Counted from the first letter of the stretch, positions 1 through 8,358 are shown. The stretch is 45,514 bases of DNA from Chlamydiales bacterium (GCA_016213235.1 JACRBE010000048.1:1-45514); one strand, 5' to 3'. Translations and numbers: made by a program. The notes: generated by a model not told the origin, from the sequence alone.

Positions 1-83
1 AGGTGCCGAAGGTAAGGCTGATGACTGGGATGAAGTCGTAACAAGGTAGCCCTACCGGAAGGTGGGGCTGGATCACCTCCTTT
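1..83 (+). rRNA. rrs: 16S rRNA, 3' end (partial)
   Basis: GGATGAAGTCGTAACAAGGTAGCCCTACCGGAAGGTGGGGCTGGATCACCTCCTTT: helix 44/45 and anti-Shine-Dalgarno; the GGATGAAGTC and GCCCTACC...GGTGGGGC variants are chlamydial-type. Confidence 0.98.
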
Positions 84-149
84 AAAGACGTTTTGTCTTA
101 GGTTGAGACACACTTCCCCTTCCCTTTCCTTCAACTGTCAACATCTGTT

Positions 150-222
150 GGGGGCTTAGCTCAGCTGGTAGAGCATCTGATTTGCATTCAGAAGGCCAGG
201 AGTTCGAATCTCCTAGCCTCCA
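150..222 (+). tRNA. tRNA-Ala(TGC)
   Basis: Acceptor GGGGGCT/AGCCTCC with G3:U70, D arm GCTC..GAGC, anticodon stem TCTGA/TCAGA with loop TT-TGC-AT (anticodon 183-185), T loop TTCGAAT, discriminator A; CCA not encoded. Confidence 0.97.
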
Positions 223-237
223 TTTTTTCATATGAGC

Positions 238-311
238 GCGGTTATAGCTCAGTTGGTTAGAGCGCAACACTGATAATGTTGAGGTCCCAAGTTCAAATCT
301 TGGTAACCGCA
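238..311 (+). tRNA. tRNA-Ile(GAT)
   Basis: Acceptor GCGGTTA/TAACCGC, D arm GCTC..GAGC, anticodon stem CAACA/TGTTG with loop CT-GAT-AA (anticodon 272-274), T arm CCAAG-TTCAAAT-CTTGG; CCA not encoded. Confidence 0.96.
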
Positions 312-315
312 AATG

Positions 316-348
316 AAAAAACCTCGCGGGTTAAGCGAGGTTTTTTAT
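316..348. terminator. Intrinsic (likely bidirectional) terminator closing the 16S-tRNA transcript
   Basis: AAAAAACCTCGC-GGGTTAA-GCGAGGTTTTTT hairpin with A tract before and T tract after; lies between tRNA-Ile and the convergent kinase gene. Confidence 0.85.
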
Positions 349-374
349 TTCTAGCGGTGGATGAAATGATTCTT

Positions 375-2051
375 TTAAAGAGTGGGATCAAATTCGTACA
401 TACTGTCAAACGTGTAAACACTATCCTGTCTGCTAAGGTCAGGTCCAAAAAATGTATCAAGGGCCTGTATTGCGCTGAAGCGCTTTGCCGGGTCTACCTG
501 CAGTAAGGATTTAATCAGACCTTTTATTTTATCGCACTCTTTAACACCGATGTCATGTTGCAGTGCTGTAAGTTCTTCTTCAGAGTGAGTAGATAAAAAA
601 ACCATTTTTCCTTTTAAAAAATAGAGTGCTTGAGCCTCCGTTTCGTTATGTTTAGCACAATAATCCTTCCATCCTGTTTCAAAAAGTTCCCGGGTAGGAG
701 GTAGGGGGATGGCTTCTGTTGCTGTTTTGTTTTGTGTATTAACTATATCGCGTCCTATTTCTATAAAAAATTCTTGAGCTTCTTTTTTGCCAAGCAAGAC
801 CATTTGTTCATTAAATTTTTTTCTAGCAAGTAAAGAAATGAAATAGGTTTGATATTCTGGAGAAGAGAAATAGCGATCAAGACATTCATCGATGGTGTCT
901 TGCTTAAATCTTTGGATTTCTTCTAACACCATTCTGATCCCTTTATACGTTCCTGCCAGATAGGAATAACAAGCAGCGCTCTTGCAAATAGCTCTATATA
1001 AATGCGTGAAGAACATCCCTGTAAGTACATTAAATAATGTTATGCCTAAAGACCAGCAATCATCTGCTGTTCCTGGTATATATTTTTCTCCCAGGAGATA
1101 AGCGGAAGCATTCTGAGGAGATGTATAGTCTTGGGTAAGAGCAACTGTAAAAGATGATTTATCCATGTCAACAGGATGAAGAGAATCGTGGTCTATATAT
1201 TTTATACAAAAAGGTGGAGAAGACTCCCTGTGATCCTGTTTTGCGAAAAGCATGATATTCTCAGGTTTAATATCTCCATTGGCAAATGGGGCAATATCAG
1301 ATTTATATTCTATAGTTGTTTCGCCAATTTGATGCTCTATATCATATCTTGTAGGAGCGTCTAGAGTAGCAAGCCCTTGTAATAAAGACTCTGCAATTTC
1401 TAAAAAATTGGTGACGATAGTATCATGATCTGCCACGGTTGCGTCAAATAGATCCTGTTTTCCTCTTTCCATGTAAACAGCCTGCTTGTCTATGTAAGGT
1501 ACAGATGCAAATGCAGGATGAGATAATTCCAAGATCTTTCTGTTACCATCTAACATCTTTTTAAGATCTTGTGATGTGTTACCTGACCATATTTGTTTAA
1601 TTACCACATCGACACCACTGCGTTTACATGCCTTCACCACGCCGACACTTCCTTTTCCAAGAGTTTTAACATCTGTTGTCTCGTCTCCATTAATCATGAT
1701 ATTTCGTAATATTTTGATTAATTCTTTTGATAGAGCATGAACGTAAAAAGGATTGCTGTGATGAGGGGTAAAGTTGCGTTGAATGTGAGATAGTTGATCT
1801 TTAAAATAACGAATACTTATACGGAATCTCTCTAAATCTTGAGGTTCCTTCGCTAAAGTCGTGGATAGCTCGCCTATATCGTCCAGTGTTTTGGTAGTAA
1901 AAGAAACTAATTTCTTTGTATCTTCAGCAGTTATCATAGGGGAGACGGAAAAGCGATTTAATAGCTTGATATATACTTGCCTGGAGTATTCTACATTTGC
2001 TTCAAGCGAGGTATATGGGATTTGAGTGGAAGAGAGTGCTGATGTGGTCAT
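375..2051 (-). CDS. Eukaryotic-like (Hanks-type) Ser/Thr protein kinase with atypical motifs, candidate secreted effector
   Basis: LGKGSVGVV (Gly loop), VVIK, NGDIKPENI (catalytic loop), IDHD (DFG position), YTSPQ (APE position), DCWSLG (IX), DPAKRFSA (XI); S/T-rich N-terminus. Confidence 0.85.
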   Translation of the reverse strand: MTTSALSSTQIPYTSLEANVEYSRQVYIKLLNRFSVSPMITAEDTKKLVSFTTKTLDDIGELSTTLAKEPQDLERFRISIRYFKDQLSHIQRNFTPHHSNPFYVHALSKELIKILRNIMINGDETTDVKTLGKGSVGVVKACKRSGVDVVIKQIWSGNTSQDLKKMLDGNRKILELSHPAFASVPYIDKQAVYMERGKQDLFDATVADHDTIVTNFLEIAESLLQGLATLDAPTRYDIEHQIGETTIEYKSDIAPFANGDIKPENIMLFAKQDHRESSPPFCIKYIDHDSLHPVDMDKSSFTVALTQDYTSPQNASAYLLGEKYIPGTADDCWSLGITLFNVLTGMFFTHLYRAICKSAACYSYLAGTYKGIRMVLEEIQRFKQDTIDECLDRYFSSPEYQTYFISLLARKKFNEQMVLLGKKEAQEFFIEIGRDIVNTQNKTATEAIPLPPTRELFETGWKDYCAKHNETEAQALYFLKGKMVFLSTHSEEELTALQHDIGVKECDKIKGLIKSLLQVDPAKRFSAIQALDTFFGPDLSRQDSVYTFDSMYEFDPTL

Positions 2052-2083
2052 ATAGCTATCCTGGTTTGTTTATTATCAATAAA

Positions 2084-2335
2084 TTATGGTGTTTTTTTAT
2101 TTAAATTCCTAAACCAATTGCCAATAGCGGCACATCGATCGCATAATATGGTTATAAGCGCTACAATGGCTGTTTCTATACATTCGATAAAAGATGCAGT
2201 TTCTTGAGGAGAGTCTTCTTCCCGTACTTTCTGAAGAGTCGTTGGAGTGATGGCTATGCCCAGCTTGGATGGCGTTTTCGAAATAGAAGCTCTCGCAGTT
2301 AGTTCGAAACCGTTAGTTGATGTTATTGGATTCAT
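2084..2335 (-). CDS. Small hypothetical protein with C-terminal hydrophobic segment
   Basis: 83 aa, S/T/P-rich N-terminus (MNPITST), hydrophobic IETAIVALITILC; co-oriented 32 bp upstream of the kinase. Confidence 0.65.
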   Translation of the reverse strand: MNPITSTNGFELTARASISKTPSKLGIAITPTTLQKVREEDSPQETASFIECIETAIVALITILCDRCAAIGNWFRNLNKKTP

Positions 2336-2489
2336 ATTAAAACCTTAATTAATTGTTATTAATTAACAATTATAACACATGTGTGGTTTGTTTTTTCAAC
2401 TGTTTTTAACATTTGTGTGTCATTTTTTTAAATGTCATAATAAAATTAATTAGAAATGTTCCTTTCCTGTAATTAAAGGATTATCTACT

Positions 2490-2518
2490 TTGAGGTAAAA
2501 ACAACCATAGAATAGACT
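2490..2518 (+). promoter_or_regulatory. Putative sigma-66 (sigma70-type) promoter for an intergenic RNA
   Basis: TTGAGG (2490-2495), 17-nt spacer, TAGACT (2513-2518); no + strand ORF downstream. Confidence 0.4.
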
Positions 2519-2524
2519 ATCAAT

Positions 2525-2698
2525 ATAAGTATTAAAGAGTTAGAGAGATCTAAGGTTTTTGTTTAACTGGATAACAAGGCTATAAAAAGCGCAAGCCGTT
2601 AATAATGTGTGTGTTATCTCAAGATGGTTAAGGAGGTTATACGAGGAGTAATCGTACTCTTCAAGCCTTACCAAATAAACTCTCTATGAGAGCATATT
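2525..2698 (+). ncRNA. Candidate rod-shaped structured RNA (6S-like architecture)
   Basis: Nested pairings TAGAGAG 2541-47/CTCTCTA 2680-86, TAAGGTTT 2551-58/AAGCCTTA 2663-70, TTTAACT 2562-68/GGTTAAG 2626-32, GGATAACA 2569-76/TGTTATCT 2612-19, plus side hairpin GAGGAGTA-ATCG-TACTCTTC 2643-2662. Confidence 0.4.
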
Positions 2699-2699
2699 A

Positions 2700-3458
2700 T
2701 TACATTCCAAGATCGCTTTGGGTCATAGAATTAGCTCCACCTGATCCCCCAGCTCCTTGTTGCCCTTGAGGGGATGACTGGTTAATAGCCATGCTTAGTT
2801 GTTGGTATATTACCATCGCCGCATCCATATTACCTGATTTCACAGCAGCAAAAAAGGCATCAGCTAAATCTATCCATTGATAATTATATTTCTGAACAGA
2901 AGGGGCGCTAGCAGGCGCTGCATTGGAAGTTCCTGAATTGGTCATGTTATTGAATATATTTGCAAAAGGATTTGCAGAAGAGCCTTCAGGACCCTCCGCG
3001 CCCATTGAGGGGGCTCCTGTCTGAACAAATTCCTGTTTCGTTGATATAATTGAGCCGGCTTCTTGCAGTTTTCTTGACGGAAGAGATGGAAGAGATTGAG
3101 GCAGATCTAAGGCTTGTTTAATCTCCGTATTTTGATGAGCTATATACTCTTGAATAACAAAAGGATCCTCATTTTGTAGTAGGGGATGAGACATAAGCGC
3201 TGCTTGCAAGGTATTGAGATTAGAATCTGTTTGATCGGATAAGGCGTGTTGTTGAAGCAGGGTAAGAGCACCCCCATTAATGGATTCCAGAGCTGTTTTT
3301 TGATAACTAAGCAATTGAATGATTTGTGCTTTAGGAACCTCTGCTATTTGTGCTATTTTGTCCTGGGGTGTAGCGGAAGTAATATCGCGCATACCCATAG
3401 CAGAGAGATCCATCCATGCAATATAATCATCTGGAGTAGAAATATCATTATAAGTCAT
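2700..3458 (-). CDS. Hypothetical protein (Q/S/A/G-rich, low-complexity C-terminal half)
   Basis: 252-aa ORF with ATG start and AAAGGG SD-like site; no recognisable family. Confidence 0.8.
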   Translation of the reverse strand: MTYNDISTPDDYIAWMDLSAMGMRDITSATPQDKIAQIAEVPKAQIIQLLSYQKTALESINGGALTLLQQHALSDQTDSNLNTLQAALMSHPLLQNEDPFVIQEYIAHQNTEIKQALDLPQSLPSLPSRKLQEAGSIISTKQEFVQTGAPSMGAEGPEGSSANPFANIFNNMTNSGTSNAAPASAPSVQKYNYQWIDLADAFFAAVKSGNMDAAMVIYQQLSMAINQSSPQGQQGAGGSGGANSMTQSDLGM

Positions 3459-3502
3459 AACAAGCCCTTTATTGGTAGATCTATTCTATTATTGCAAATT
3501 TT

Positions 3503-5248
3503 TCAATAAAACTTTTCCAGTTTGGTTTTTATATATTGCATGGTCTCCATAAAGGAGAGTTTTCCATGACAAAAAGATTCTATATAAGACTCTAAAGACC
3601 CTTCAAGTAGAGGGTGCTCGATGAATAGAAGCTGTTTTTTTATTAATAAAAGAAAAAAATCATCTGCATTGTAATGGGTCTTAATAAAAGTGGAAAATTC
3701 TAAAAGTTCTTTATTTAATGAGGTAGTAAGCAAGATCCCTAGTTCTTCTCCAAGCTTATGCCACTCTACTTGCTTTGCTACTTTCACTTTTTCTATCAAC
3801 AGTAAGTAAGCATGAAGATGGTGGTAAGAGGGAAAGATATGCTGCGCAATATCGCGCAAGTCTTGGAGAAAATATGTTGCATGAGAAGGTGCATCAATAA
3901 AAAACATTTTGTCTAATGATAAGCACTCTGAAAAAGACTGATTACCACGACATGGTACGGGATTACCAGATAGTTGCATCAGCTTATAAAAATCTTGCTG
4001 TCCTATTTCATTTTGTTGATAAATAAGCAGTTTTTTCCCATTTGTTTGAATTTCTTTTTCCCAGCAAATAGGCCCTGCGTGTACTTTTAGTGATTGAATA
4101 CCATAGCTGCGAAGCAAAGCAAAGTCTTTTCCAAGATCTCTATCTATTAAACGCATTAAACAGATGAGATCTGCTACAATAATTACAATGTTTTTGGTGT
4201 CTTTTTCCAGGTGTTTTAATAGTCCATGGATAAAAACATAATGACCAGCTTCTGTTTTTAAGTAAGCCAAATAAAGTCGAATACTAGATAAGTGCTCTTT
4301 TAGTGCATTGCCTTTTTTTCCTTTAAATAGATCAGTAAGCTGACTATCTTCTAATTGAAAAGGATCTTTTACCACTCTTTGTTTAATAAAAACACCTTGC
4401 TCCAAAAAATGTAGACCAAGACTTTGACCGCCAGATTTTGGCTGGTAAGGAGCATGATTTAAAAAACCATACTCTCCAATTTGCTCATATTTTTTTATGT
4501 TGATTTTAGCCAGTAAATGAGGTGTTTCAGGATAGTATGTTGGTAGTTGCAGTAGTAAGTCGCATGATAATGATTGGAGAAAACGCTTGTCCATGTGCAA
4601 CCGGTGCAGTTCTTCGTCATTCCTGTAGATAATTTTTTCATAAGGTAAAAGATCTTGGTGATAAGCAATTTGTTTTTGCTCATGAAAAATAGAAAGAAGT
4701 TTCACATGAATGTTATAAAAATGCTCTTTGATGAGTTTTGCGACATACATTTGTGTGTAAAAATCCCCAAAACCATCTGGAATTACCCAGGTAAGAAGAT
4801 GCACGGTATGTATTTGCTTTAATTTTACATTTGCAAAAAGAGGCAAGATAGCCCGCTTTAATAACACACTCTTTAAAGTAGGCACATGTAAAAAATCTTT
4901 TTTTACAGTAAACAAATGAGCGCTATCTTCTCGTCTCTTCCCGATGGGAAGTGTTTGATAAATCTTAGGATAACTCCAAAGAGGTAAATCAAAATAAGCA
5001 TAGTCTTTTTCTGGAAAAGACTCTTTAAGGATCTCTTCTATGTATAATACGTTTCTTTTTTGTTTCACATCTTCATACAATCGAATGATTGCATCGAAAT
5101 TGTCGTGACTTTTTTCAAAGATAGAAATAGCACTTAAGCACTTGTTATCTGAAGGTGTTGTAATACCTGTTAAATCACAAAACTGCTGAATATCTTGTTT
5201 GATTTGATCAATTAATAAAAGATGAAAACCCATCAAGTAACCATACAC
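3503..5248 (-). CDS. Putative GT-B fold glycosyltransferase, distant EarP-like
   Basis: TWVIPDGFGDF resembles the EarP N-terminal VxDNxGD motif; IGQQDFYKLMQLSGNPVPCRGNQSFSECLSLDKMFF resembles EarP PQxxYDxLLxxCDxxxVRGEDSFxRAxxxGKPF. Confidence 0.55.
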   Translation of the reverse strand: MYGYLMGFHLLLIDQIKQDIQQFCDLTGITTPSDNKCLSAISIFEKSHDNFDAIIRLYEDVKQKRNVLYIEEILKESFPEKDYAYFDLPLWSYPKIYQTLPIGKRREDSAHLFTVKKDFLHVPTLKSVLLKRAILPLFANVKLKQIHTVHLLTWVIPDGFGDFYTQMYVAKLIKEHFYNIHVKLLSIFHEQKQIAYHQDLLPYEKIIYRNDEELHRLHMDKRFLQSLSCDLLLQLPTYYPETPHLLAKINIKKYEQIGEYGFLNHAPYQPKSGGQSLGLHFLEQGVFIKQRVVKDPFQLEDSQLTDLFKGKKGNALKEHLSSIRLYLAYLKTEAGHYVFIHGLLKHLEKDTKNIVIIVADLICLMRLIDRDLGKDFALLRSYGIQSLKVHAGPICWEKEIQTNGKKLLIYQQNEIGQQDFYKLMQLSGNPVPCRGNQSFSECLSLDKMFFIDAPSHATYFLQDLRDIAQHIFPSYHHLHAYLLLIEKVKVAKQVEWHKLGEELGILLTTSLNKELLEFSTFIKTHYNADDFFLLLIKKQLLFIEHPLLEGSLESYIESFCHGKLSFMETMQYIKTKLEKFY

Positions 5249-5299
5249 TCATTTTTCTTCTATACATGAACAGGTAAAGAAAGAGCAACAGTTTTTGTA

Positions 5300-6232
5300 C
5301 TATGAGGTAGAAGATGCTGTGATATAACCTTGTTTGAGCTCTTCTCTATAAATAATCCATACCCCTAAAATAACGATAAAGGTAGATCCAATAATAGCAA
5401 GTGATGGAGACTCTCCAATGAGTATCCAAGATGTGATGGACGCAAAAATCGGACTTAGCAATCCGAAAAAAGAGAGCAAGGTAGCTGTAAATCTTTTTAA
5501 AAGATGACCATATAGATTGTAACATAATAGATTGGAGATCATCGTTGCAATAAGTACCCCTCCAGCAAAAGGAAGAAACTTATGTTCTGCGACAGGGAGG
5601 GGGTGCCAGCTATCTATCATAAAAGAGGTAGCAAGAGCAAGAGCGCCACCAAGCAGCATGCTCATACCATTTGCCACAACAGGGGAGAGTTCTTGATCTT
5701 TTACGCAAATACGAAGCAATATCCACCCATAAACACCAAAAAAAGCAGCTCCAATCATGGCAATATCTGGCCATGAGAAAAAACTAAATGCATGAAAAAG
5801 ACTCTCCGATGCACTTTGTGTTTTTAATACAGGAATAAACCCAAGTATTCCAATGCTCATACCCAGCCATTTCATAGGTGTCATTTTTTCTTTAAAATGA
5901 AGATAGGATAAAAGAGCAGTAAACATGGGAGATAAGCTATAGATGAAACATGTTTTAGCAGCAGATAGACGCTGAAGAGCCCAAAATTCGAGTATGTTTG
6001 TAAGGTAGATGCTAAATAGTCCTAGCAATACGATGGAAATCCACTGCTTTGTATTTAACCGAAAAGAGAACTTTTTTCTTATTATTAAAAAAATAGTTAG
6101 CAATATGCCGGCAAAGAACATACGCGCCCCTGTTAAAAAAATAGGGGAGCTCATGGATAAAAGCCATTTCCCAATAGGGAAAATGGAAGACCATGTAGCG
6201 TAAAGAAAAAGGGCCTGTAAAATACCGCTCAT
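5300..6232 (-). CDS. DMT/EamA family transporter, resembling the chlamydial S-adenosylmethionine/SAH carrier (CT580/CTL0843 type)
   Basis: About 10 TM helices in two EamA repeats; WSSIFP, TGARM, YLTNILEFWALQRLS, CFIYSLSP. Start moved to ATG at 6232 (MSGILQ) from the TTG at 6289. Confidence 0.8.
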   Translation of the reverse strand: MSGILQALFLYATWSSIFPIGKWLLSMSSPIFLTGARMFFAGILLTIFLIIRKKFSFRLNTKQWISIVLLGLFSIYLTNILEFWALQRLSAAKTCFIYSLSPMFTALLSYLHFKEKMTPMKWLGMSIGILGFIPVLKTQSASESLFHAFSFFSWPDIAMIGAAFFGVYGWILLRICVKDQELSPVVANGMSMLLGGALALATSFMIDSWHPLPVAEHKFLPFAGGVLIATMISNLLCYNLYGHLLKRFTATLLSFFGLLSPIFASITSWILIGESPSLAIIGSTFIVILGVWIIYREELKQGYITASSTS

Positions 6233-6339
6233 AAAGACTAAAAATTTAAATTTTAATAAAAAGATATAGGATATAGTGTTAGTTTTCAATAAATAAAAAA
6301 ATCATGCATAATATTAAAAATTAGAATTTCACATCCTTG

Positions 6340-7362
6340 TTACTCTGCAATATTCCCATATCTAGCATTGAGCAAAATTACGGGCATCTGTGTATTGAAA
6401 TAAGAGGACCATAAACTCAAATTGGAGCTTGTTCTAATCAACAAGTCACATTTTGATAAAAGGATTGCATCAATAATAGCCTCAAGACCCGTTTGATACG
6501 GATTTTCACCTCTATGATGTATAGAGATGTTACCACTAGAGCGAGATGCTGTTGTAAAAACTACCTTATCTTTAAAACGTGCCTTTAAATGTTTAATAAA
6601 GCCCTCTTCATCTGTTGCAACAAAAATTTTGTAATTTATCTTATCAAGGTTTTTGATGTTATTTTCTATTGCTTTAAACACTTCATGATAGGTAGTGCGT
6701 GGAGCCTCAGAGCTTTTATCTGTGCCACGATAATGCACGCCAATTACAACATCTGCGTTTAAATGGTCTAAAATAAATTGATCAACAGCCTTTAAAATGA
6801 AAGGTTTTACATGGATATATTTTTTAACTAAATTGCCGGCATCTTCTCTTGAAAGAGCTCGCCTTAAGGATATGGCTACCCGATTGAGCTCTGTATAAGA
6901 TCCAACATAAGATGGTTCTAAACTTGGATCAGAAGAGGTATCTAATATGTCATGCTCTGCAAAATAATGAGGATACAAAGAAAGATGAGAATTTAATAAT
7001 TTTTCCTGTTGTAAATGAAGAGGTTCAAAATAATAATTCCACCAATTAGATCCATGCGCTGTATCGTAATAAACACCACCCTCTGCAAAATTAATGGTAA
7101 GCTCTCGATAGTGTCCTTGATCATATAGAGCAAGATGTCCAAGCACCAGATTGCAAACAGCAAACATACCAGCTGTCTGAAACGTTGGTTGTACTACCAT
7201 ATGTTCTTGCAAAATCCCTAACTTTTCTATACTTGGTGTTTCAACAAAATTCTCTTCGATGGAACGATCGATAAAATGTCCTTGTAACATAGATGACATC
7301 AACATAAAAAAACAAACGCTAGTTGCGAATGTGTTTTTTGGTACATGTAGCCGGTGTCTCAC
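6340..7362 (-). CDS. NodZ-like alpha-1,6-fucosyltransferase (GT23-type) with N-terminal signal-like sequence
   Basis: GVHYRGTDK (motif I), KIFVATDE (motif II), AIIDAILLSKCDLLIRTSSNLS (motif III); GTG start overlaps the upstream TGA (GTGA). Confidence 0.85.
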   Translation of the reverse strand: MRHRLHVPKNTFATSVCFFMLMSSMLQGHFIDRSIEENFVETPSIEKLGILQEHMVVQPTFQTAGMFAVCNLVLGHLALYDQGHYRELTINFAEGGVYYDTAHGSNWWNYYFEPLHLQQEKLLNSHLSLYPHYFAEHDILDTSSDPSLEPSYVGSYTELNRVAISLRRALSREDAGNLVKKYIHVKPFILKAVDQFILDHLNADVVIGVHYRGTDKSSEAPRTTYHEVFKAIENNIKNLDKINYKIFVATDEEGFIKHLKARFKDKVVFTTASRSSGNISIHHRGENPYQTGLEAIIDAILLSKCDLLIRTSSNLSLWSSYFNTQMPVILLNARYGNIAE

Positions 7363-8102
7363 GAATCTTCCTCTTGTGTGGCTTCTAACAAATTATAGTG
7401 ATATTGAAGTAGTTTGTCTTGTAAACGGTTATCAATTAAAGCTATATCTTCTTTTGTGAAATGGTTAAAATGTTTCAGAATTCCCCCTTGGGGAGGGTAT
7501 TTATTAATCGCTCTTACAATATCTTCTTCACTAACAACATAACCAATCTCTTCTAAAATACAAGACAGAGTCTCTAAAGGATGATTCATGAGGTCTTCAT
7601 AGATAAACGTAACAGTGTTTGGTTGGTGATCCCAAAAATCATGGAATATTTTCCACGAATTAATAGCGTGTACAAGCCACTTATCTGGAATTTTTTTAAC
7701 TGCATGGTGATTAGGATGATGATAAGCATAAAAAGAATAGATGCTGTCAATGGGGTGCCGAATGACTCGTATTGCTTTTGTATAAGAAGGATCAAAATTG
7801 CTGAGGTAATAGGGATAATGTGTTTTAATCACTACAATGTCATTTTTCTTAGGATAGATACAATTACCATTGTAGCCATGATCAGTAGAAAATGCTCCCC
7901 ATGGAAATAAGTCAGGAAGGTGTGGATAGTCTTTATCGCAATACGCAGAGCTGGTAGCCGTGTGTGTGGCCTCTTCGATTAAAAATCGGAGCCAATGATT
8001 TCCTGATCTTGGATAGGTAGTTAGATATATCTTTTCCCACTGATCGGAAAATCCATCCACAAACAAGCCAACAAGGGCAATAGCAAAAAGATAAAGGCGC
8101 AT
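7359..8102 (-). CDS. PAPS-dependent sulfotransferase domain protein with signal peptide
   Basis: 5'-PSB loop TYPRSGNHWL, IKTH, 3'-PB RHPIDSIYS, YEDL; N-terminal MRLYLFAIALVGLFVDGFS. Confidence 0.88.
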   Translation of the reverse strand: MRLYLFAIALVGLFVDGFSDQWEKIYLTTYPRSGNHWLRFLIEEATHTATSSAYCDKDYPHLPDLFPWGAFSTDHGYNGNCIYPKKNDIVVIKTHYPYYLSNFDPSYTKAIRVIRHPIDSIYSFYAYHHPNHHAVKKIPDKWLVHAINSWKIFHDFWDHQPNTVTFIYEDLMNHPLETLSCILEEIGYVVSEEDIVRAINKYPPQGGILKHFNHFTKEDIALIDNRLQDKLLQYHYNLLEATQEEDS

Positions 8103-8358
8103 AAACGTTGCTTAGTTTTTTTGTGAAAAAAATAAGCTTCTTTATGTTTTTTAGCAACAAAATATCTTGTAATAACAGAGCGAATAGTTAGAAAAGCATT
8201 TATGGAAGTTTAGAAGCTATAACCAACACCGGCGCCAAATGTAAAATCGCCAAGCTGAGCTTTGTTGCCTATGATGCTTTATTTGGAACTATGAAAGGAC
8301 AAGTTTCACAGAAATTCTTAGAAAAACATCGTAAAAGAGGGTTATAGATTTTAGATGA

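Noticed and set aside
238..311. tRNA-Ile acceptor stem GCGGTTA differs from the E. coli-type stem
   Set aside because: Fully paired and, as far as I recall, normal for chlamydial tRNA-Ile
82..506. ORFs 82..312 (-) and 276..506 (+)
   Set aside because: Shadows of the two tRNA genes, the terminator and the kinase 3' end
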